From Catajapyx aquilonaris (taxonomy: Eukaryota), in the NCBI GenBank assembly GCA_000934665.2, contig KZ539119.1:1-32897 (forward strand): a DNA stretch of 32,897 nt, written 5' to 3'. Below, piece by piece: positions 22,820 to 32,897 of the stretch. Under the pieces are notes generated by a model, which saw nothing but the letters and a program-made list of their open reading frames with translations, was not told the DNA's origin and ran no database searches. The translations under genes were made by a program, and so were the position numbers. Numbering within the stretch: the first letter of the stretch is position 1; each line of letters starts with the position of its first letter.

Positions 22820-24190
22820 ACTCTACTGGACATTTCATCAGTGTTCTTTGCTTCTATCGCACGAATCAAGGCTACTATCTAGGTGCTCTATGTTGTCCAC
22901 CTCCTCTTAAAGTGATTGTGTCTGAAAACGTCATCTGAAGCTGGAACTTTTGGCAAGCGACGGAATAGCAGCACTGCTTGGTCGAAAATTATGTGACACA
23001 TAATGTGGCATGTTTTTCCATATTTCCCCAATTTATCTAATTTATTCGTTTATGTCAACATTCACTTTGATATTGCTGGTTTATAGGTTACATCCTTATA
23101 TGATTAATGTCAGTGCATTTCATCTAAATGTCCCCTCTCATTCTTGGCAAAGCGACGAGTACGTCACATACTTTGCCAATATTTTTATAGGCGGGACAGT
23201 AGTGTTCCATAATTGGAACTGTCCAAAGAAAATCCCGATGTGACTATGCCAATCCCTTATGATCAGACATGATCGGATGCGATGTAGTGACTCATATCAA
23301 CTCGGTCGAGGTGTAAGCTTGATGCTGTACAGTCACCTGAACCTCATGTCCTGCCAACAACAGAAATAGAAATATCCTGATGGATTTTCAAGTAGTAAAA
23401 ACAATTGGACTGTGTTTTCACCACATTTTTTGCCTCTGTTGATTTTGTGAAGTCCTCTCCTCATCTCTGGATCTTCGTTGTTATAGGCCACCAGCCGCAG
23501 CTCAGAATATGTCGTGGGGCCTTGTCTTCATCCTCTTTAATCGTCTGTCACAGCTGTCTTAGCGTGTAAATGAAAGTGAGAACGTTTGGTAGCCTTCCTC
23601 CACAATCAGCTAGTGTCCTGTACTATGTTGCTTACAAAAGAAAGATTCAAGTCATATATGGAATGAGCGAACTCGAAGTGCAAAGTTGACAGGCTGCCTG
23701 AAAACGTCTAGTTACTTGGTTACTTGCGGCTTTGAGCGAAACGAGCTTAAGTAGTCAACGACAGTATTAATCTTAATTGTAACGCAATGGAGTTATTCTC
23801 AATAGTAGCCTACCATAAACGTCCTGGAACACTATTATTGCCACTTTTTAAAGGGGACGCTTATACTTCACTTCAGACCACTTGGAAAGAACCGTAATTC
23901 TTCGATACGGATGTCCTGGGACGATTCTTGAAATTGGGTCACATAGTCTCCATTTGCATATATTATTCAGTCGGCTGTATGCCACGAGGGGATCTATGTC
24001 ACGGCTGCACAGGCCAGTTTTCATCTGGGCCACATTTTTGGCCACATTAAAAGTCCAATCAATCCTACTAATACATACTGTAGCTGTGCATCTTAAAAAT
24101 TAGCTTGATAATTCATGTCATGACTTGTTGTCTTATGCGATAAGAATGCGTCGCAAGAATATCTCGTCGAGTAGCAGTATCAGCAGTACA
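22820..24190. repeat. Long duplicated segment homologous to ~9680-11930
   Basis: Shared in the same order: ctactggacattt, aagcgacggaatagcagcac, ccaacaacagaaatagaaat, tggattttcaagtagtaaaa, ggaatgagcgaactcXaagtgcaaagttgaca, aagaaccgtaattctt, ggatgtcctgggacgatt, agaatatctcgtcga. Confidence 0.85.
23821..23858 (-). repeat. Conserved unit-start motif, copy 5
   Basis: + strand gtcctggaacactattattgccactttttaaaggggac. Confidence 0.8.
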
Positions 24191-24431
24191 CGATATAGGC
24201 ACCACTTCCCCTGGCATAGGGGAGTGTCTTCGTGTCGCCTATGTCTGACGCTGTCCTCTCGTTCGTGGCTGCTTCTTCTGGGCTGCTTTTATCCAGTCCC
24301 CCGTTACTCAGGCTGATTCGCCTTCGTTACATTGTCGCAATGCTGGATTACTATGAATCACTGCCTGAGTGATCCCGCTGCTCTTGTCACCCTTTACACA
24401 TGGGGCACCCTACTATTAGTCCCCCATTACA

Positions 24432-24868
24432 TACCAGATAACACGGCCCCAGAAGTCGTCTGGGCGAGGCAGATGTTCCAGGGCGAATCCCACCCGCTGG
24501 TCCCGATGTTGAGTCAGCTTGATGGTCTTCTTCGGGCGTCGGCAGTGGACGCCACCTTTCTGGAGTCGCTTCCGGACCGTCCGCGTCGAGACCTCCAGAT
24601 CCAGGATCTCTAGTAGCCGATCAGATGGCTGGAATGGGTTTTCGTCCGTGTGAATGATATATGGCGGCATCTTGCTGCGGAGTGGTCTTCCTCTTCGGGC
24701 CCACCTTGGCTGTCTTCCTGTGGTCTTTCCCCTTCTGCTTGTAGGCATTGACCCAGCGGCGCACAGTATGTGCTGAGATCTCATTGTAAGTTTTTTCCGC
24801 ACAGCGAAAACCCTGCAATTATCCGTCGGGTCACCTCTGAAATGTTGGCGTACTTCATCGTGTGACAT
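24432..24868 (-). mobile_element. Tc1-like transposase fragment (N-terminal HTH domains, frameshifted, truncated before the DDE domain)
   Basis: ISAHTVRRWVNAY..GPKRKTTPQQDAAI, then ENPF..LEVSTRTVRKRLQKGGVHCRRPKK..LTQHRDQRVGFALEHL..DFWGRVIW. Breaks where SDE would follow. Confidence 0.85.
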
Positions 24869-25599
24869 CACCGTAAGAAAAAGGCTGGTATAAATGTATT
24901 TACGTGTTGTCCATCTGCAACCCTTCTCTCTCCTTGAATTTGCTGGCGCTCTGACTGTCACCGATCCTGAAGGACGCGGGACCACTGGTTGTTCACCTTT
25001 GCCTTAATATGTTGTAGCTAACTTCACGCCTTCACTTGTGGGGTTATTTCAGCGTCAGCAAGTTAATACTTGCTGATGTCTGCTCCTCTGTGATGTGGTT
25101 TCCTGGAACGATCATTGTCTTTGACTTTGGGACACCGTGTCTTCCTTCGCACACATTTTTCAGCCAGTTGCATGGCGCGATGGGGGAGTGCATGGTCCAC
25201 AATATATTAGGCCCAATACTACATGTTATTATAACTAATTATTCTGATGATGATTTTTGACGATTTATTACTATTATGTACTGATAGCATGCCCATTTGG
25301 TTCTGCGATTCGTCCAGATCTATCCGGCCTGCTATATTTCATCATGTGAATGTCCGCATTTGGGATATCGATTCTTCGTCTTACGGACGTGTATATCTGT
25401 CACCTGCCATTTGTAATCTGCATGAAATGTTCATGACATACGTGCGTTTATGATGCGAATCAGGCATCAGCAAATCACACATTACTGAGGAGGAAAAATT
25501 AGTTTATGCTTATTCTTCATGTCGTTTACTCGACAATTGCTTATATCCTCTGGACTTATCATTTGTCGTCATCCGCATTTCTACGGTACGGCATCAACT

Positions 25600-25636
25600 T
25601 TATGGGCCTTTATGGTCGGGTCGCCGTAACTCTGAC
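25600..25636. mobile_element. 37-bp insertion flanked by a 17-bp direct repeat
   Basis: acggtacggcatcaact at 25583-25599 and 25637-25653. Confidence 0.6.
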
Positions 25637-26599
25637 ACGGTACGGCATCAACTATTCACATTTAAAACGCAACAAGTGCATCATTTGATGAATAATTTGT
25701 CCGCACGGCTACATATTTATGGGTAGTTTGTGCAGTGGTTCTCCCATGTTTGTCGCTGGCCTGCCTCTCTTGTTTGTTTTCCCCTGAGTCGTATGCTGCT
25801 TCCAGTTCTCTGTTCAGCTCACCATGCATCTTTTATCGGAATTGTGTACTTCCCTACTTAGTGGCATCAGTATTTCAGGAAAGAGAGTGGTCATTAATAA
25901 TGATTTCAATGGGGACAGTGGGGTACCAGGGAAAAAAAGTTGTCTCTTATTTCCAGTTCTCAGTTGTGTTGACATGCAGGCCTCCTTTGCGTGGTGGCCC
26001 TTTGGGTTTGGGTGACGTTAAGCATGCTTCGTGCATATGCCAAATTATGGTGTAATTAGAGCTTCACTAGTTGCATGAAGTGGAGGTGTGTGGCATTCAA
26101 TGCTACCAAATACCATTTCAACATGTGTTGTCACTTACTTGGATTTGTGCAGGTATTGAAGAAGTCAGTCTATGTCTTCTGGTATTTTGGATTTTATTCT
26201 GGCGCTCCCTGCCGTTCTAATATGTTTTCTTCCCGTGCCATATTCTGTTGTATGTGTCGCAATGGTGCATTTGTGTTGCTGATGGAGGCCAGCACTTCAT
26301 CGGTGCCTATGAAGTACCGTGGTTTCATTTCGATTTTAGCAACAAAAAAAAAAATCAATGCCACCATAGTGTCACTGTCTATAAATGATTTTTATAGCCA
26401 TTACTGGTGTATCAGTACCACTTAGCACTCGGATATTTAAATCATTTTCGAATATATGGTCTCCCTTTAATGCGAATAGAAAGCCACTGATATGAGCCAA
26501 AGAGTTATACATCAGAAGAAGTGTTAATCTTCGGCTTGCAAATGGAGTTATCATCTTGTGCAAATAATGTTTGGAGGTCCGAGGTTTATTTGTCCATCT

Positions 26600-27115
26600 A
26601 TGAATTTATTTGTCACATGTTTGAGGTAGAATTGTTCAGAACTGCTCACACAACACTTTTAGAATGGTGCCTGTGATATTTAAGCTACGTTCACTGCAAC
26701 GCCACGTATTATCAAGATAATTTAATAATTCATGCCATGACTTGGGAAGTAGGCCTTCTGCAGTGATGCAAAGTGTATAAAGCGAACCATAAATTGATGA
26801 TTGACCGTAAAAAAATAATTCGATACTTAAAATGGGTTTCCAGTGTGTTGCATTATTCATCTTCAAGTGCAATTGCTCCAGGCGGGAAATGTACTCAACA
26901 AAAATGAGTGGCTGCGTCGTCTTATAGTATAAGCTTAGACCAAACATGGCGACCCGCACTTGTCATTTGTGCTCGTCCTAACCTTTTTAACTTGCAGGTG
27001 AACTATGTTGAGAGTAGTTCCCTGTCCAAACCATCACTATGGGAAGGGACGAGCTGCTAATTACCCCCTCTCTAGTCAGCCACGATATCGCTCTTCCTGT
27101 CTGCACCACCCAGGG
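26600..27115 (-). pseudogene. Nucleoprotein-like EVE, partial copy
   Basis: VAMFG (gaccaaacatggcgac at ~26938) and FPPGAIALEDE. ttgagagtagttccct is shared with ~16848 and, with one mismatch, ~31564. Confidence 0.55.
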
Positions 27116-29999
27116 GTTAAGATATTGGTTCAGATTTTTTTATCTGACAAAATGATTAAGATCATCTTTGCTGGATCCTCATATCGCTGTGTGCAATATA
27201 CCAGGCGTGAAGTGGAAAGTGTCGCTTCTTTCATTGATAGTCTGAGCATGCTCCATTTCCAGGCATCACAAATAATTTAGTCGATTTAGTAGACCACCAT
27301 ACCAATTCATTTGAAATCCTTTACTGCGAATGGGCGTGTCTGGAGATCGAATGTCAGGGTCCATGGAAGATTTGTCAAGAGGATGTAAAAGAGTCGCAGG
27401 TGGCCACGTCTCTGTATGTCGCATGGGCATGATTACTCGATCCTCTATCTATACCGACCAGCATCGTATGTTTTTCTGACTTGATTCAATATATTACACT
27501 CAAAGTTATTATACAGGCTATTTTTTCTGTGGGTGAAAAAAAAACTATAATGTGGTCCTTCTATGATATCATCCTCAGGTTTCAGCATACACTTCTCTGT
27601 ATTGTTGGACACAATGATTCCGAGTGTATTGTTCAGGGAAGTCGCTGACCACTTGGACAGCACCTCAGTGTGTATGACATGTCACACTTTGAGAGCACCG
27701 AGTTCCTTCCCTATTTTCCACATTTTTTCTCCACTTGATAAATGCATAATATCATATTAAATATTATTATATTACAAATAATACACTAATAATATCATCG
27801 CGGCCGTGCCTTCGGTCAACTGGTACTTCTGTCGAACAGAAAATGACGAGAGGGGACATGACTGCCGCACATTTTGCTGTCCAGAGTCTCCCCATCTAGT
27901 CCTGCGAACTCTTAAATGCACAATTTTTATTGAGAGATTTGGAATGTCAGTCGTTCCATGCTTTCCTTTTGTTTCGTTACCGTTGACTTCAGGCCTCGAT
28001 GATGTTCAGATGAAACACTTCCTCTTCAATCGATTTTCTGCGGCCATAGTCCTTAGCACTTGTAGTGATAATGGGCGAAATTAGATTGAACCATTGTAGC
28101 TGGACGAATTCCCCTGTTTCTTGGCATGGTCGTGGAGTCGAATAATTATTTTCAATCCCTGCAGTGTTGCTACAAGGAAACAGTATGTTTCCTGTCATTT
28201 ATATACCTTCTCCGTCGTTGATGAAGGGCACAAAGTGGTTGTTTATGCAGCCTTTGAATAATGGTCGTCGTCCGTCTGTTGGATTCGATCTAACTGTACG
28301 TGTGTCACTTTTTCGACTGTCCGAGCCCTTCGACCCTGGGAAGATCATGTAGCAATAACGATAAAAATAAGTGCTCATATAGTATTATGGAGTATTTGAA
28401 ATCGAGTATTTTTGTCTGGGGGACCTCTTCTTTCTCCAGGGTTCCTGGAAGTCAATTGGCCAAGCTTACAGCCAACCAGAATCAGGGGAATATTCCCGAA
28501 TAAATAAATGAAATCTATAATAAGATCTCCCACAGTTTCATGTCAGTTACTACAGTGGAAAATGGAGAGTTCTGCGGAATTGTCAGTATTAAGAAAATAT
28601 ATCATTGTTGATTTGGAAAATATTTATCCTAAGATTAATACCACTGCTACATCCCATGCCTGCTGTGTATGTTTGGGATGATCTGAACCCACTGTTGATA
28701 AACCGTTCTGGAGCGGTGGGCTGTCCAATCAGTCTCATGTGCGTTTCGTCCTTTGTGTGTGTGTGTGTATTGGAAAAAGCATACCTCCTTCCTCAAAATG
28801 CCTCCGATTGGAAGTTCTGCATGTACAACACTACGTCTTCTTGCTTTGATTTCTCTAAAGCAGAAATATGTACAATAAGTATAGCAATACGCTATATCGG
28901 CCCGATCTTTAGCTATTACTTTATAACTATCTCTGTAACATACTTTTTCAGAAGGCAAATTAAAAGTATATTCCAAATGTTATCATTTTAACTAAACCTA
29001 TTTAAAGCAGAATACAGTACGTACAGTAGTTCACTAAAAACCTCTGAAAGGCTCATTTTTACAGTATCCAGGACCATTTTCGGACTACGTGTATTTTAAC
29101 GAGCATGTTTTGTTGTGGTTTCGGGACGAATTTACGTAATGACAAAATTAGTCACAAAGCCAGCATATGAAGTGAATACGTGGTGCTGCAAATGTCGATG
29201 GAAGGAGGCGGCAACAATGGACAACTCTACCGACCTGCTCGTCTTCCTCCATATGATTACTCACATATTACGTATATTATCATACGTGTATTTGTGCTGC
29301 CAACACACAGAATGTGTACGAAGTGCTGTCTGAGTTGCAATATTATGTCCAGATGTTGTCTACCAGTCGTCGGCATTATCATGTTCCATTTTGCGTAATT
29401 ATTATATTATTCTACTGAGGCTTCTTCACTATGTCGCAGTGTTTGATTTTAGGTGTTGCTGTTGGGCTGATGCTCTGAATGAATGTATCAAAAGTTGGTT
29501 TCTTTACGAGTTATATTAAAAGGGATTGAAGGATCTTCCGATGCAGAAGGTAGCATCAATTGTTGCTCTCCGTTCTTTTGACTTCTGACTACTCCCATGG
29601 AGTGTATACCTTTGAGGTCACAGACTCTTACTGTTAGACGTGGTTGTTGACTGAGCTGAGCAGGCCCATGTTCTCACATACCTACGTTGTTCTCATTCTG
29701 CAGTCATACATCAACATGTGAATCTTGAAAGGCCGATGTTCTGCACCAGCCACAGGCGTAGGTGATGTCCACGCATCAAAAGGTTTAGCATCCATTCCAG
29801 GCCATTTGTGAATATCTGGGCAAGTTGTCATCCTTACGTGCTTCTGTCTTTACGTAAATGTCACTATTCTGTCTACCGTTGCGTTATATGCTTTTCCTGC
29901 CAGGTGGAACACTCGCTTTACTCTTGTCCCTATACGTTTCTACATTAACAGACGACAAAGAGGCACATCAGTCTTACCTCTCTTTTAATTACCTTTGTT

Positions 30000-30680
30000 A
30001 TCCAGTGTCAAGTTGAAGCTTTATGAACAAAATGCCTAATCTTGATTGACAGTCATGGTGTAAATTTTCTTTGATCGAGTAATTCGTACAGTAATCGGCC
30101 TCCCAGTTTTGGCATTGCATTTTAAAGGCGCATTAGTGCGGAATATTTTTCTTTCTAAGTGAGGGACAACGGGAGCCGACTTTGGGCCTCCCATGAAACA
30201 TGGGTTCTTATTTTTAGCAGCTGCAGCCTTTCGTCGCACTTTCCAGTATGCTTGACATGTAGGATTCATTTGCTATTCTGAGTAGATTTGCATGGCTGTG
30301 GTTCGATTCTGGGAAACCATTACTGTCCCCTTGCGTGTCTGAGCAGTGTCCAAGTGACCATTGTTGCCATCGCCTTAACTCAAGCGTATAGCCGGACAGC
30401 AATAAATAAGTGAACCATATTTTGTTATTTGTTATTTGTGAAGTCCATTGAGCGACATGGCATTGTGAGAATTATCCTTCTGGTCTTCATTCGTCTGAAA
30501 GCTTGGGAGCCCTATTCAACCCCAACCTTTATCTGTAATGCGAGTGAGTCGTGACTGGTTCTTAATAACGAGTGTAGCTGGCCGTCGCTGGCAACCCCAT
30601 AACGGGAACATGCCGTGATTGTAATTATTGAATTGATTAATTTTTAATATACGCCTCGTTAGATATAACTTGGTTGTCCT
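30000..30680 (-). pseudogene. Nucleoprotein-like EVE, partial copy
   Basis: 30415-30560 is homologous to 13686-13830 (attttgttatttgt, acatggcXttgtg, cttXXagccctattca). LRIANESYMSSILESAT aligns with RLHFEHMVTIMEAVAD. Confidence 0.55.
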
Positions 30681-30779
30681 TCTCGTTGCCAGACTATGCG
30701 TGATTACTGATTATTATGCTTCTGCTGAGGCGACTTCACTATGTCGAAGTCGTTCATTTCAGGCGGGGATTTATTTGTC

Positions 30780-31959
30780 GTATACAGGTAGTTTCGTATC
30801 AGCTTTTGTATAACGCAATCAGTCCACCTGACGGCATTGTTTCCGCATTGTGTCAAGTAAATGGAGACGGCAAAAGGGGTATAGATTGTCTAGGTCATCA
30901 CTTTGAATTGGCTCATTTCACTTCACTAAGAGCTTATTCATTTTCTGAATTTATCAGTGAGAGATACTGTAGTGGACTTCAATCTGACTTGGGACCAGTG
31001 CTGATAACAATGACTACTTATGTGCAATACTTGGAATCTATGAATATAATTATATTCTCTAACACAGCTTTCAAACTGTGAAAAAACATTGGACAGGATT
31101 GGTCCATTCACTGAAGATTAGTGCCAAGTACAAATTAAATGTGATTAGGAGGGCAATAATAAATTATAGCATGCTGCGTAGAGATTCTATTATTTGGGTG
31201 TGATGAAATTTCTAGCACCAGGTAAAATATCATATATACCGCATAAATGATGCCCATGGTGTATTTTTAAGTGCCTTGGATTTTTAAATACCGGTATTAA
31301 TTATTGTTAGTACAGTCATGTCTCAGGAATATCTCGAACCTAACGTCAGTACGTCGTGACCAGTTATGAAGCAACAGCCTCAATGTTACTCCTCGTATGA
31401 GTCGCAGTGCATTTTGTAAATGGCATTCATTAATTTGTGCCTCATTTGGCTTATCTATAACTGCTCTTAAGAGCATGTTATAACTTGCCGAATCCAGACC
31501 TCTACTTCTTATGGACCAAACATGGCGCTCGTACTAATCGTTTTAGGTAACAAGTGTACCATGTTGAGAGTAGTTCTCTCTCCCAACCATCACTAGAAGG
31601 GAGCTTCTTGCCTCTATCTAGTCATACAGAAGAATGGAGAAGAAGCAGGGACGTCTCTCTCCCTCTCTTGTCTGTGTGCACCACCTAGGGGCCGCCCCTG
31701 GTCCCATAACCTGCCCACCTGAAGCTCAACACCACACTGAAGCGGCCCCAAAATGGGGACTGGCTTGCTGGTCAGGTATAATTATGCCAGGGTTGGTTAA
31801 TTCTCCGTATGTATCAGGACTTGCCGTGCTTTTGTCTAATTTCTGATAAGCCTGTTTATGACGTGATGTGTAAGTACTTTGTACTTTATGAAAAGTGAAT
31901 TTGCACAATGTAGCCATTTTGACCAATTGCAAGTACAGTACATCCTGGAAAGCTCGCAT
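30780..31959 (-). pseudogene. Nucleoprotein-like EVE, paralogous copy
   Basis: Starts MRAFQDV after motif copy 6. ggaccaaacatggc at 31513, SEMSQF (~30905-30922) and DNLYPFCRLHLL (30855-30890). cacctgacggcattgtttcc is shared with ~13407. Confidence 0.6.
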
Positions 31960-31980
31960 TGTACTTTTTAAGGGTGTCAC
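31943..31980 (-). repeat. Conserved unit-start motif, copy 6
   Basis: + strand tcctggaaagctcgcattgtactttttaagggtgtcac. Confidence 0.8.
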
Positions 31981-32077
31981 TACCTCTTCATTGGAGCAAA
32001 AATAATTTGAATATTAATTATTATATTGAAGGAATTGGCCGAGACTAAGGTACTTCAAGGAAGGGCTTAGAGCCGCG

Positions 32078-32184
32078 GGGTGGAATTTTCGTCCCACTAG
32101 CTACTGCTAACTTTGCAGTACCAGTGTTGGCCATGGCACTGATAAGTTAGCAGTAACTATCAGTGTGGGACGAAAATTCCACCC
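32078..32184. mobile_element. MITE with 20-bp TIRs
   Basis: gggtggaattttcgtcccac (32078-32097) / gtgggacgaaaattccaccc (32165-32184), plus an inner inverted repeat tactgctaactt/aagttagcagta. It interrupts the ttacagccatgcat string that is intact at ~14702 and ~22409. Confidence 0.85.
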
Positions 32185-32530
32185 ATGCATTTCTGCTACC
32201 ATACCAGTACACATGTTTAACTTTGTGATTATGGTTACTAATGAGCATGGTTACTAAATTTCATTTTAATTACAATGGCAAATTTTGTGAACCACTACGT
32301 TTGTAAATATGTAATATCTCCTACTATTAAGTCAATTACCATGTTGTCCGCCTAAGACGTTTTCAACTTGCCACTTGTAGGTTTTGAGCTGTGCTGTCCA
32401 GATATGTATAGGACCGAGTAAGTGATGCCTTTGGGAAGGTCTCCCAAGTAAAGTGACATTTTCATATATGCTGTACCAAAATCTCAATTATGAATTAGTT
32501 TTTTCATAATATTTTATTGATGTTTACATA

Positions 32531-32897
32531 CGAGGGAGGGTCAAAAAGTTATCTACCTAGGTATGAAGGACATGGCTTAGCGGCATAATTTTTTAATTAG
32601 AGGTACTTTCAACCCTTCTTGTACAAGTGTGCAAGTTTGAACTCGATCCGATCAGAAATGAATGAGCAGGGGTGTTGCGAAGCTAGGCAGATGTGGGCAA
32701 GGATGAATTTCAAGAAATTGAAGCACTGTGCTGTCATGAATTTTCTCACATTGGAGTGGATACGACGTTTTGATGTTCACCACAAGTTACAGGCAGTGTG
32801 TGGGGACAGTTCTCCTTCCATTGACCCAACAAAGTACTGGTGCAAGCAATTTAAGTGGGGCAGGGAGTCACTTGAAGATGACCCCCACTCCAGAAGG
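32531..32897 (+). mobile_element. Mariner (Mos1-like) transposon 5' end with start of transposase; runs off the window
   Basis: TA|CGAGGGAGGGTCAAAAAGT TIR at 32529-32549. ATG at 32703 gives MNFKKLKHCAVMNFL..VHHKLQAVCGDSSPS..YWCKQFKWGRESLEDDPHSRR, a mariner N-terminal HTH. Confidence 0.9.

Larger units (their letters stand above)
7800..32500 (-). other. Array of degenerate, duplicated endogenous viral elements (negative-strand RNA virus-like), interspersed with TE fragments
   Basis: Many mutually homologous blocks in the same orientation translate on the minus strand into broken protein fragments. The N-like motif set (HMxTI ... EISQF ... LYPFCRL) recurs. Boundaries are approximate. Confidence 0.6.

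Noticed and set aside
22600..23400. Rhabdovirus-like glycoprotein (SIFRNIPPGSGWSERI; apparent signal peptide IFLFLLLAG)
   Set aside because: The homologous copies at ~28450-28500 and ~9700 support other frames equally well, and I found no consistent cysteine pattern or TM anchor. Left unassigned.
29370..29400. RdRp motif A-like NYAKWN
   Set aside because: The paralogous copy at ~12780 reads NYAKSE, and neither upstream KERE/GR nor downstream GDNQ motifs occur at the proper spacing.
30570..30645. RTE-like 3' tail (ggcaaccccataacgggaac) interrupting an EVE copy
   Set aside because: Probably an insertion, but short and without a clear TSD; not supportable as a feature.
11241..31980. CRISPR array (repeat motif with variable spacers)
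   Set aside because: Eukaryotic context, irregular kilobase spacing, degenerate repeats, mutually homologous intervening DNA and no cas genes.

Overview
Eukaryotic, most likely arthropod, genomic DNA with one assembly gap (2537-2873); no prokaryotic features. The left 7.5 kb holds a tRNA-headed Deu/Nin-domain SINE with a 14-bp TSD and three copies of a ~320-bp non-autonomous Helitron. It also holds the only intact long gene, an RNI-like leucine-rich-repeat ORF with no intron in its coding region (4101-5552, -), which sits between Helitron-type termini and is fused head-to-tail to another Helitron. Next to it is a decayed intronless MATH-BTB (SPOP-like) pseudogene. About 7.8-32.5 kb is a mosaic of repeatedly duplicated, shuffled, stop- and frameshift-riddled coding fragments that read on the minus strand. 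The most recognisable of these resemble nucleoprotein (N) genes of negative-strand RNA viruses (Mononegavirales/Jingchuvirales-like), and six units start at a conserved ~40-nt motif containing CC(C)TTAAAAA. MITEs, LINE fragments, a Tc1 fragment and a mariner 5' end are interspersed. My best overall reading is an endogenous-viral-element array in a uni-strand piRNA-cluster-like locus, bordered by a Helitron-mobilised LRR gene. The viral assignment rests on motifs translated by eye and needs profile searches to confirm.
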